Translations under genes and position numbers: made by a program
IMG/VR virus record: IMGVR_UViG_3300037200_000074
DNA: 64,000 nucleotides
Strand: one strand, 5' to 3'
DNA from: an uncultured virus (IMG/VR IMGVR_UViG_3300037200_000074)
Lineage: Duplodnaviria > Heunggongvirae > Uroviricota > Caudoviricetes
The notes under the pieces: generated by a model
What the model saw: the letters and a program-made list of their open reading frames with translations, nothing else
Told to the model about the DNA's origin: nothing
Database searches by the model: none
In this document: piece after piece, positions 55,621 to 64,000 of the stretch
Position numbering within the stretch: position 1 is the first letter of the stretch
How the letters are laid out: every line of letters starts with the position of its first letter

Positions 55621-57977
55621 TATGCTTGCTGTACAGCCTCAAGAATTACACCAGGATTAAATGTACTAGTAGTGGTGGTGGCCGCTGATTTATACGTAAC
55701 GCTCATTATGCCATTAAGCGTAGTGTTAAGAGTTGAAGTAGGTGTAAGAGCTTCAACGAATACCTGCGCTACCACTAAGCCAGTTATACCAGTAGTCGCA
55801 CTTGTACCGTTTAAAATACGCAGCCATCCTGAGACCGCTCCCGTCGATCCAATATTAGTAACCGTAAAGAAAATTTCGATGTCGAAGGGTACAGCGGTGC
55901 CTGTTGCAGCAGAAGTTACTGCTGCCGTCGCGATTGCAGCGTCGGCCGTGGTTCCGGTCGTGCCGTATCGCAGCGTAAACGTTGAAGCGTTCGCCGCCGT
56001 TGCGGTACACGTACCAGGCAACCGTGCGCGGTAGACGGTGCCCACAAGTAGCCCACCTGTGCCGACCGGGGCCGTGGCAATTACGGTCTCGGTCGTATTG
56101 AGCCCGGCCGTTGCCGCAGTCTTTGCCTGCCCACTAATAGCCATACCAACATTGTTGGTAATGTTCTTAGCTGTCGAGGACGTGCTGTTATCGGTGATCG
56201 CGGTCGTGTTGCCACGCAAGTTGTTGTTGTAAATCTCAAGCGCGCCGTATGCACCGGAGTTAATCGTAATGCCGGTAGTGTTTGCACCGATGCCACCAGT
56301 AGGCCCAATGCGATTACCTATGGCTTTGAGTTCAGTTACTGAGCCTGCAGAGGCGTTGAGTACGATGCCGATGCCGTTACCCGCGATACGGCACAACGAG
56401 ACGCCTATGTCCTGACAGCCATTTGCGACAACGCCGCTCGTGCCGTTGCTATAGATGTCGCAATTTACTACGTCGATACCCGTTGGTAACGTAGCAGCGG
56501 TAGAGGCTACTTGCAGACCGTTTAACGCTGCAGACGACATCCAAGAGTTGAGAATCTTGACTCGTTGTACATTACCCGTTCCAACAATCTGCACACCGTT
56601 CTGACCTGCAGTATCAAAGTATGTGTTTACTGCATAGACACCAAACACGCCATTTGGTGACGTAGGATTTAGGCGCATATTGTTGAGCGCACGAATCCAG
56701 TCGCAGTCTGATATGAGTAAAGAACCGCACTGATTTACTTCACAGTGCGATATAGCTGCCGGAGCCCCATCGCAAGTAATATTGTGAAGTATAGAATTGA
56801 CGTTAGCACCATTACACTGATTATCGAAGTTTATGGTACCTGAAAATTGTATGTTATAAGTTGCACAGAGAGTACCATTGTGAATGATGCCATTATAGAC
56901 GGCGGTGAAGGCGCAGTCTCGCGTGTTGATGTAGACGTTCGACCCACCATTGATGGCATAGCCGCCGGTCTTAAACTGTACCGCGCCAAGTGCTGTAGTA
57001 GTAGCTGCTACTGCAGTAGTACATCCTGTGAGAGACGTAGTAGTAGACCCGGTAAAGTTTACGAGGGTCCAAACGTTCTGACAGTTAACATAGCAAGAAC
57101 CAGCACCACCACCACCGGGTATAAACGAGTTCGCGGCAATCGTAAGTGTGACGCCGCCAGTGGTTGGGATTGCAACAGCCGCGCCGGTAAGCGTCGTAGC
57201 ATTGCCGTTAAACGTAATACCCTCGAAAGTCTGTTGCCAATCACCGCAGGTGATGAAGTCTGCAGATTGCGACGCACTCAAGAATATTGTCTTGAACTCA
57301 CCTGCACCAGCATGGTGGAAGTGCTTACCGGAAGGAATCGATGGGTTCGTACCGCTCGAAAGAACCATCGTACAAGGCGGCCACAGGAGCACACTGCCAG
57401 AAGGCGCGGCGGCGTAAAGAGCGTTTAGGTTCGCCGAGTCATCAGTAGCGCCGTCGCACGCAAGGTTCTGATACGAGTTTGCCGTGACTAAGACAACTGC
57501 TGCGTTAAATTTTGAGATGAAGAGTTTGTCTAGTGCGGCCAGAGCACCCTGCAAAGTTGTAGTTGCAGGATTCAGCATCGCAGTAACTTGAGCTGCGGTT
57601 AAGTCAAGCAGAGCTCCGAGGGCACCAGTGTTGTTACCCTTGATAGTGTTCGCAGGCGCATTAGCAAGATACGAGTTAGATACTGAGCTAGCAGCTAGTG
57701 ATAGATTGGGATTACGAGTATCGCCTAAGTTAGTGACTGGGCTAACAGTCGTAAGACTCTCAAGATATGAAAGAGACAGTGCAGTATCAGGTATGCTTCC
57801 TGCAGTGATATTAGCGCCGGAGATAGTCGGTGCACTACCTGTGAGGAATTGATGCGTACCGCCTGCGGAGTCCTCATAGTAAGGCAAAAACGTGGCGCTA
57901 TCCATGTAAATGGATATTTTACCAGTTGATGGCGGGGTAGGAGTAGCCTGTGATACTAAAGTAAGTACGGATGCCAT
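55620..57977 (-). CDS. pectin-lyase-like beta-helix virion appendage
   Basis: DGATDDSA motif, Asn/Gly/Thr-rich beta-helix repeats, ANTIKGNNTG fibre repeat. Confidence 0.75.
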   Translation of the reverse strand: MASVLTLVSQATPTPPSTGKISIYMDSATFLPYYEDSAGGTHQFLTGSAPTISGANITAGSIPDTALSLSYLESLTTVSPVTNLGDTRNPNLSLAASSVSNSYLANAPANTIKGNNTGALGALLDLTAAQVTAMLNPATTTLQGALAALDKLFISKFNAAVVLVTANSYQNLACDGATDDSANLNALYAAAPSGSVLLWPPCTMVLSSGTNPSIPSGKHFHHAGAGEFKTIFLSASQSADFITCGDWQQTFEGITFNGNATTLTGAAVAIPTTGGVTLTIAANSFIPGGGGAGSCYVNCQNVWTLVNFTGSTTTSLTGCTTAVAATTTALGAVQFKTGGYAINGGSNVYINTRDCAFTAVYNGIIHNGTLCATYNIQFSGTINFDNQCNGANVNSILHNITCDGAPAAISHCEVNQCGSLLISDCDWIRALNNMRLNPTSPNGVFGVYAVNTYFDTAGQNGVQIVGTGNVQRVKILNSWMSSAALNGLQVASTAATLPTGIDVVNCDIYSNGTSGVVANGCQDIGVSLCRIAGNGIGIVLNASAGSVTELKAIGNRIGPTGGIGANTTGITINSGAYGALEIYNNNLRGNTTAITDNSTSSTAKNITNNVGMAISGQAKTAATAGLNTTETVIATAPVGTGGLLVGTVYRARLPGTCTATAANASTFTLRYGTTGTTADAAIATAAVTSAATGTAVPFDIEIFFTVTNIGSTGAVSGWLRILNGTSATTGITGLVVAQVFVEALTPTSTLNTTLNGIMSVTYKSAATTTTSTFNPGVILEAVQQA

Positions 57978-58207
57978 TACAGAATCATCAACTCGCCTTC
58001 ACATGTTACGGTGCCATCAAGTTCTATAGGGCCTACCGCTACCTGGTAAGTCCCCGCTGGAATGTCAAACGTTGTTCCACCGGGGACTACCTGCGGTACC
58101 TGTGCAGAACCACTCGACGTTGGCAAAATCGAAGGATCAATCAAGTCCGGAGACGTGATCATCGATAGGATGCCGTTGATAATCGTGAGCGGTTTGCGGT
58201 TTGCCAT
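57977..58207 (-). CDS. small virion protein
   Basis: MAxRKPLxxxxG N-terminus; C-terminal IELDGTVTCEGELMIL. Confidence 0.55.
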   Translation of the reverse strand: MANRKPLTIINGILSMITSPDLIDPSILPTSSGSAQVPQVVPGGTTFDIPAGTYQVAVGPIELDGTVTCEGELMIL

Positions 58208-58716
58208 TACGCGAGGGTAATAGCGTACTGTGGATCGAAGTTGAGATTACCTGCTGCAGTAGCTTCACCAACTTGTTGACACACTGCACCAGCCGCAGTC
58301 GGAGCGACTGAAACGGTTGCGCCAACAGTACCTAAGTACTGGGTAGCTCCTGGGGTAAGACCAGTGACTGCATTGTTATTACCGTAAAAGTAAACTAGTG
58401 CAGTAGCTGCAGAAGAAAAAGCGGTCAGTACGAAGCCATGTGCTGGCTTACCCGCTGCAGAATTATCAGCGTTGCGCACGTTGACTACGCCTGCATTAGG
58501 CCACACGTTGACCAACGCCCCCGCCGACAATGCCTCACTAGCAACAATGCTAGCAGTGTCTGGTCCAACACCAGTCGGAAGCATGGTGATATCGATTTGA
58601 CCTTGAGAGTTTAGTGCAGGGATTGCACCTGCGCTGCCAACACCGGCAGAAACTTGAAGTCCTCGCACCATGGTAATTACACCATTTACGAGATTAAGAA
58701 ATGCGTTACCTGCCAT
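58207..58716 (-). CDS. capsid cement / head-fibre-like protein (DUF2190-like)
   Basis: ASEALSAGxxVN...RxAD...AHGFV...GLTPG..YL...P....Q.VG.A. Confidence 0.7.
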   Translation of the reverse strand: MAGNAFLNLVNGVITMVRGLQVSAGVGSAGAIPALNSQGQIDITMLPTGVGPDTASIVASEALSAGALVNVWPNAGVVNVRNADNSAAGKPAHGFVLTAFSSAATALVYFYGNNNAVTGLTPGATQYLGTVGATVSVAPTAAGAVCQQVGEATAAGNLNFDPQYAITLA

Positions 58717-58725
58717 GATGATCTC

Positions 58726-59625
58726 CTAAGTGGTTAGTATTATAGGGGAGCGAGGGTGCCACAGTATAGTCGTGGCGTTAACCGCAAGGCCAACTTGAGT
58801 ATTGTACAAGTCGCCGTTAGCTGGAGTTGGAACAACTTGAGTAATGAAGCCATTACGGCTAAGGTAAAGGGGTAATCCCGGTTGCCAATTCCAGGTTGGT
58901 TCTATAACATAACCAAACACAACTGAAGTTACTTCAGCAGCCGCTGCATATGCAGCAGTAATTATGCTTACCGGAAGATTGATTAAGTTAATGTTAGTCG
59001 AGTCAGCGTAAACAATGAAGCCTTGGTATTCTACAACTGCTCGGTCGCCTGATAAAGTGCCGCCTGCAGTACCGCTAGTAATAACTAGTTCACTAGGGTT
59101 TGCATTAGGCGGTGGCTCATAGATTTGGCCGGCCCCAACATTAACATATATTGAAGGCTTAGGCGTTGCTACGCTAAACTCAGGTATCTCAGGTGGGCGG
59201 TAAGGAAATACTGGGCGCGTTTCGGGATGTTCGATACCTTCAGGAACAGGCTCGTCTTTGATTACCTCAAGAATAGCTGTAAGGAACCACTCATCAGGAA
59301 ATGGTTTAATCAACAGATAGTCGGCACCTACCCTCTTATGATCAGAAACTGACTTCTGACCCATAGAAGTGACTAATACTATCTTACCAAGGTAGCCGCT
59401 CTTCCGCAGGGTCAGAGCTACCTCAACGCCTGTCATACCTCGCATGATTATGTCAAGTAGAATGACTACAGGCTTAAGACCCTTAGTAATTGCCTGTATA
59501 AGAGACTCACCGTTGTCGAATACGCCAATTACGTTCATCCCATACTTAACACACACAGCTTTGTTACGTTGAAGTTGCTGTGTTGAGTCATCGGCCATAG
59601 CTACTGTGACGCCTTTTAGGTACAT
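58726..59625 (-). CDS. CheY-like receiver domain fused to DUF2190-like decoration domain
   Basis: ADD, LLDIIM, TSMGQ, GADYLLIKPF; Pro-rich linker; C-terminal LSGDRAV...WNWQPGxPLYL..NG..TQ..P. Confidence 0.8.
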   Translation of the reverse strand: MYLKGVTVAMADDSTQQLQRNKAVCVKYGMNVIGVFDNGESLIQAITKGLKPVVILLDIIMRGMTGVEVALTLRKSGYLGKIVLVTSMGQKSVSDHKRVGADYLLIKPFPDEWFLTAILEVIKDEPVPEGIEHPETRPVFPYRPPEIPEFSVATPKPSIYVNVGAGQIYEPPPNANPSELVITSGTAGGTLSGDRAVVEYQGFIVYADSTNINLINLPVSIITAAYAAAAEVTSVVFGYVIEPTWNWQPGLPLYLSRNGFITQVVPTPANGDLYNTQVGLAVNATTILWHPRSPIILTT

Positions 59626-59966
59626 GTGCCTAACCGCGCGTCAATTTTAGCCTGATACTTTTGAATGATCGGACTGACCTTATCGTTGTACTCTTCTTGC
59701 AAGCTGTCAACTTTAAGGTCTAGCTGTTTTTGATAATCTTCTTCATGCCACCTATACAAGTAACTCAGTAAAAGATCGCCATTACGACCTCCAAGAGCCC
59801 TTGCTTTGTCCGCAAATTTAACCGGGCCAAGCCGTATTGTATTATAAGCTTCTTCTGCCTGCAGTATAGCTGCACGAAGCCACTCTTGGATAGACTGAAT
59901 CTCTGCATCTCGCTCTGCCAACAAGTCCTTCACAGCTTCCAGATACTCGCGTCCACTCAAACTCAT
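59616..59966 (-). CDS. coiled-coil hypothetical protein
   Basis: 116 aa helical, charged. Confidence 0.6.
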   Translation of the reverse strand: MSLSGREYLEAVKDLLAERDAEIQSIQEWLRAAILQAEEAYNTIRLGPVKFADKARALGGRNGDLLLSYLYRWHEEDYQKQLDLKVDSLQEEYNDKVSPIIQKYQAKIDARLGTCT

Positions 59967-60736
59967 ACGAATAGGCTCTCGGCGATAAGTTGATATCCTT
60001 GGAGACCGACTGTGAATGAAGTTACGTTCTGAATTTGGTATCTATTACCATTCTGGTCGGATATAATATATCCAGGTTCGAGGTACAGCCCGTTGAGGAT
60101 AGGAACGTAAATGAACAGTTCAGAACGATGAGTAGTAGTAGGTTGCTTGATCTCGGGAGTAGGACCGAGTCGTTTGTATGGTTGGATGCCTAGTGGAACA
60201 ACAGCAGGACTAAAATCAGCATCATCAGGATCGCCAATATAGTAATAGCCATCTCTAAGTATGATGGCCCGTTCATTTTGCTTACCCGCTCCCTGATACT
60301 TAACATACCCTAGCAGCTGCTCCGAGTCGCCACTACCCCATGAGACTGACAAGCTAGCCTGTATCTCAGTGCGCACAAACACATTGTACGATAATGGACG
60401 TAAGTCAGCTACAGTGAACATTTCATAGTCATTGCGGTAAGGGTGGATGCGACAAGCAACGTCACCTACTTTGAGGACGCCTGCATCACACATGCCCGCA
60501 AAGATCATGTCATAGATGTTGGTGTTCTCTTCAGCAATAGCAGCATTACTACGCATCATGCGAATACGAAGATCAGAGTATATCTTGTTTTCAGTATTGA
60601 TTATAGACCCAGATGACGGTGTGCGACCATCGCTGCCATCAGATAGTCGGTATATATCGTAAGGCTCTCCAATGATATCAGCAGCTACGCCTCTACCGTA
60701 TTGAACAATAGAGTCTAATTCTTCAAAATCTATCAT
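59963..60736 (-). CDS. head closure / head-tail joining protein
   Basis: GRGxAAxxIGxxYxxYR N-terminus; synteny. Confidence 0.6.
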   Translation of the reverse strand: MIDFEELDSIVQYGRGVAADIIGEPYDIYRLSDGSDGRTPSSGSIINTENKIYSDLRIRMMRSNAAIAEENTNIYDMIFAGMCDAGVLKVGDVACRIHPYRNDYEMFTVADLRPLSYNVFVRTEIQASLSVSWGSGDSEQLLGYVKYQGAGKQNERAIILRDGYYYIGDPDDADFSPAVVPLGIQPYKRLGPTPEIKQPTTTHRSELFIYVPILNGLYLEPGYIISDQNGNRYQIQNVTSFTVGLQGYQLIAESLFV

Positions 60737-61542
60737 ACACGCACTCGACCGCCTGAAGCAGAGCCTAGTCTACCTGAAGGGTCAGGACCAGCGTATAGTG
60801 CATTACCTAACATGTTCACGTAGTAACGAAACAGTTGAACACGCTGGAACAGTTGATCAGGTCTAAATTGTGCACCACCTTGGTCGCCTTTAGCACCTGC
60901 TGAAGTAAGAGCTAGTGTAGTGCGTGCGGATAAGATGTCTTTGCGCAGTTGCAAACAGACGGGGATGTACCCATAGAGAGTCTTGATAGTACCATCACTT
61001 TGCTTAAGGTCAAGAGATGGTTCCGGGTAAGTATTTCCCGGATTAGTGACGTTAAGTGCGATCCCATTGTTATCACTTACCGATACTGTCAAAGTAAAAG
61101 CAGTTGCGCGTGTGATTAATAGCTGACCGAACACTGGTGAAGTAGTTAAAGGCTGTCCTGCATCCGGAGGTTGAAAGTTAACTCTTCCCGCGACACAACC
61201 ATTACCCGAGTTGTTGATAGCGTTCACTAATCCTGCCATTACAGCGCCACGTGGATCAGTAGCCAGGAGGTCAGACATCTGAGTAGTGTACAATATTTGT
61301 TGGCCGTCGATGCCTACAGTTAGTACTTGACTCAGTTCAGGTGTGCCTGTAGCAACTATGAGACCGATAGGCCGACCAGTAATGATCGACTCTTCTTCAA
61401 TCCCTAAATTGTTCATATAAAATTCAAGCTGACCGACACGTGACAAGTATCGATAGCCAGCGACATGACCGCCCGTCGGTACACCAGACATTGGTACCGT
61501 CAGTAAATCTCTGATGTACGCTTTTTCGATGAGTGTCAGCAT
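60733..61542 (-). CDS. head-tail adaptor
   Basis: LTxxEKxxIR...GxLEFYMNNL...R..L....L pattern; synteny. Confidence 0.6.
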   Translation of the reverse strand: MLTLIEKAYIRDLLTVPMSGVPTGGHVAGYRYLSRVGQLEFYMNNLGIEEESIITGRPIGLIVATGTPELSQVLTVGIDGQQILYTTQMSDLLATDPRGAVMAGLVNAINNSGNGCVAGRVNFQPPDAGQPLTTSPVFGQLLITRATAFTLTVSVSDNNGIALNVTNPGNTYPEPSLDLKQSDGTIKTLYGYIPVCLQLRKDILSARTTLALTSAGAKGDQGGAQFRPDQLFQRVQLFRYYVNMLGNALYAGPDPSGRLGSASGGRVRV

Positions 61543-61561
61543 GACATATCCTTACCGACGA

Positions 61562-61596
61562 CATAGCCACCTGGGAGAAGCGGCCAGGTGGCTATG
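61562..61596 (-). terminator. hairpin after head genes
   Basis: CATAGCCACCTGG-N9-CCAGGTGGCTATG perfect 13-bp stem. Confidence 0.65.
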
Positions 61597-61633
61597 AACG
61601 TTATGGCTCCGCGCCTATGCTTCACCACAGTGT

Positions 61634-61891
61634 TTAGGCAGTAGCCGCAATCTTGACGCCTGCGTCACGAAGTATCGTGACTTCAATAGGGTCCGTCAGC
61701 TTCTGACCTACAGTGTATCGGCAATATGATCCATTGACCGCAGCTCCCGTGGTTTCGAGTACCGTCCATTCCTTAGGCTTTTTGATAGGCTTCATCGGCA
61801 CAGTGACTTCGATTGGATTGAGGACTTGCTGTTGCATGTCGCGCAGTGCAACCGCTACTGCCATCCTCTGAACTGCTGGGTACTTAATCAT
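61634..61891 (-). CDS. small head-associated protein
   Basis: 85 aa after capsid genes. Confidence 0.55.
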   Translation of the reverse strand: MIKYPAVQRMAVAVALRDMQQQVLNPIEVTVPMKPIKKPKEWTVLETTGAAVNGSYCRYTVGQKLTDPIEVTILRDAGVKIAATA

Positions 61892-62463
61892 TCTGCGAGC
61901 CCCTGTGAAATCATGTCCTGAGCCGTAGCATTGTCAACTAGAATGCGTTGATTTTTGTAGGCTCGAAACACTCCGGTAGGTCCTGCATAGCCGAATGATT
62001 TGAGAGCGGTCACTTCAGTAGATGAGGTAGACACGTTCTCGGGATAGTGAACCGGAAGGATATCCAGTAAACTGCCGGGGTAGGTTTTAACCGCAATTGT
62101 AGCGAGGGTGATGTCCACGCCACCGTTCAGCACTGCTGTTGCCTTCGCGCCTGTGGCTGACGCACTTGCAAAGTCCGTAGCCCAAGGGTTGCTGCCTGCG
62201 GTAATGGCTGCTTGAATAGCAGCTGCAATGTTTGTTGCTACTGTGCTAAGGCTGTCGGTACCCCCGACGCTAACACTCAACGTGTCCGGTTGGACAGAAG
62301 TTGCGTCAGTACCCACCGTAAGCTGAATGACTTCATTCGGAGTAGGTTGACCTTGAACAGTAATTGGAATGATGGTCGAACCGGCTTGCACATCGGGTTG
62401 CACACCCTGAAAGGATTTAAATGCAGGTGAGCCGGGAACTGGACCGCCGCGAATAGAGCCCAT
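61888..62463 (-). CDS. head-associated structural protein
   Basis: Ala/Thr-rich beta pattern directly after capsid gene. Confidence 0.55.
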   Translation of the reverse strand: MGSIRGGPVPGSPAFKSFQGVQPDVQAGSTIIPITVQGQPTPNEVIQLTVGTDATSVQPDTLSVSVGGTDSLSTVATNIAAAIQAAITAGSNPWATDFASASATGAKATAVLNGGVDITLATIAVKTYPGSLLDILPVHYPENVSTSSTEVTALKSFGYAGPTGVFRAYKNQRILVDNATAQDMISQGLAE

Positions 62464-62483
62464 GAAATTCTCCCTAGTTGTGA

Positions 62484-62511
62484 AGGAGGGCCGGAGTTAC
62501 CCGACCCTCCT
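62484..62511 (-). terminator. hairpin after major capsid gene
   Basis: AGGAGGGTCGG-gtaact-CCGGCCCTCCT on minus strand. Confidence 0.55.
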
Positions 62512-62516
62512 CAGCA

Positions 62517-63962
62517 TTAGACCTGCGAACCAACTTCGAATACTGCTGCGCGTTTGTAGCGAGCAGGCGTAGCGGAGGGAATCACTGCCGGAGTGATGGT
62601 CGCGTCGGTTGGCACCGTGAAGCCACCGATGTAAAACCAGCCCTGAGACATGATCTGACCCATGCGGTCGATTGGGAGACGGTGCACCATGGCGATGTCT
62701 TTCACCATCCGGATATCCGAGATACCTCGACCTGTGAGTTCAGCCGCAACAGTCGCCACACCTGCAAACGGCGCTTCCTGCACAAACCTGTCAGCGCATA
62801 CTACTGCACGCCGAGCGAACAACGTCTTGCCGGCAGTGTTAGTGAAGGTAAAGATCGGCATGTTTGTCGTAGGTACGAACGTCATACCGAAGTTCTTGAG
62901 TACCCGAGCGTTAGCATACGACGAAGATTTTTCCGCACCTTGGGTAAGGATTTGGAATGCCGGGTCGGAGAACATCTGCGCGTCGAGAATGGGATCGATG
63001 AAGCACGGGAACGTACCATCCGGGAGCGGCGGGCGCACCTGGTTGAGACGGAAGCCTGCTACGATGTTGATAAACGTCTGCAACGTCGTGGTAGACGCAG
63101 CTGAGAGTTCAACACGCGACCGTGCAGTACCTGGACGGTAGTATGCCGGAGCGTCAGCAGCATAGATGATGTCGTTTGCAGCTGCGGTGATGCCAGTGCC
63201 CTGAATGGTCAGAGTGCCCGAGAAACCGACCTGGAACAACGGCGCTGCCATAGTCGAGGTGTTGCTACCATCCGGCACCGCTGCCAAGATGGTGATGGCC
63301 GTCTTCGCGCCGGTAGTCGCATTGACGTAATACGCCGGGAGCGGGTAGACCGACGAGGTAGCTTGCGGTAGACCGTAAGGGAATTGATATCCCTGAATGG
63401 TCGCCGTAGCGAACGCAGTGTCGAAGCCGTAGATGTTATCCACGTGAACGGTAGTATTAGCGCCAGAGGTAGCCGAAGCTGCCGTAGCGTAGGTACGCCC
63501 GCCTTCATACGCACGAAGAAGAACGTTGATAGCCTTGAGGTCGAGTGACAGACCTGCCTGGCGACCGAGGTTCTCGATGTTCTGTTTGAAGCCATCGGCG
63601 ACAAGCTCGCGCTCTTGATAGAGGTTGAGGTCGAGCGCATACGGCGTCATACCGATGATGACTTTGTACTGCTCCACACCGTAGGTGGGATTCGCTGCAC
63701 CGATACCGCCGACGTTGGTCAGGCCGTTGTCGATGTTAACGTTGGTGGTCGGGTCGATGTCGTCAACGACCGGAACCAGTTCACCAGCACGAGAGTAGAT
63801 CGTAACTTCACCGGAACGCACTGGCTGCGGTTTGCGATACACAGCGGTACGAACGACGCAGTTGGGTTCGAGTTGGTCTTGAAACTCCCGGTCCAGCATG
63901 TTCTGTTGGAAAGCAGGCTGTAGAACAAGGGGGAAATTTTCATACCCCGCGCCAGTTATCAT
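62517..63962 (-). CDS. major capsid protein
   Basis: QQNxLxREF, GETxT-like/GxL.P motifs, LGxQAxxSLD, C-terminal PxDR.xQ...xWxxxGGF..PTD; position at head of structural module. Confidence 0.82.
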   Translation of the reverse strand: MITGAGYENFPLVLQPAFQQNMLDREFQDQLEPNCVVRTAVYRKPQPVRSGEVTIYSRAGELVPVVDDIDPTTNVNIDNGLTNVGGIGAANPTYGVEQYKVIIGMTPYALDLNLYQERELVADGFKQNIENLGRQAGLSLDLKAINVLLRAYEGGRTYATAASATSGANTTVHVDNIYGFDTAFATATIQGYQFPYGLPQATSSVYPLPAYYVNATTGAKTAITILAAVPDGSNTSTMAAPLFQVGFSGTLTIQGTGITAAANDIIYAADAPAYYRPGTARSRVELSAASTTTLQTFINIVAGFRLNQVRPPLPDGTFPCFIDPILDAQMFSDPAFQILTQGAEKSSSYANARVLKNFGMTFVPTTNMPIFTFTNTAGKTLFARRAVVCADRFVQEAPFAGVATVAAELTGRGISDIRMVKDIAMVHRLPIDRMGQIMSQGWFYIGGFTVPTDATITPAVIPSATPARYKRAAVFEVGSQV

Positions 63963-64000
63963 AAGGTGGCTCCACTGTTACTTGTAACAGGAGCGCCTCA

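Noticed and set aside
1..64000. Stop-codon reassignment
   Set aside because: Core genes are full length in the standard code and TAG, TGA and TAA all terminate genes.
1..64000. tRNA genes, integrase or att site
   Set aside because: No cloverleaf with T-loop consensus or recombinase motif found by eye; they may lie outside the window.

Overview
This is a 64-kb section of a tailed dsDNA phage genome with a contractile tail (myovirus morphotype). No integrase, tRNA or CRISPR array was seen. Layout: (i) 1-3700, leftward small genes, a structured non-coding stretch and an orphan LamG fibre gene; (ii) ~3720-7700, probable genome-end/control region with a GC-rich rightward mini-operon, dense palindromes, duplicated promoter cassettes and a strand-skew switch; (iii) 7.7-20.6 kb, many small early-type hypothetical genes plus a YkuD-like peptidoglycan enzyme; (iv) 20.8-37.3 kb, rightward replication and nucleotide module (SNF2 helicase, two HNH nucleases, ssDNA-binding candidate, primase fused to an MCM-like helicase, family A polymerase) interleaved with a DNA base-modification cluster (NTP pyrophosphatase, P-loop kinase, thymidylate-synthase homologue with a dCMP-type Asp, SAM methyltransferase, nucleotide N-glycosidase, aGPT-Pplase1/HMUDK-helical protein), with a dCMP deaminase just beyond on the opposite strand; (v) 38-64 kb, leftward virion module from major capsid to tail fibre and holin. 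The best candidates for new biology are the apparently cytosine-entry hypermodification pathway, a CheY-like receiver domain fused to a virion decoration domain, a small domain shared between a GIY-YIG nuclease and two other phage proteins, and several structured RNA elements and non-canonical start codons. All family calls are from recognising motifs by eye; no searches were run.
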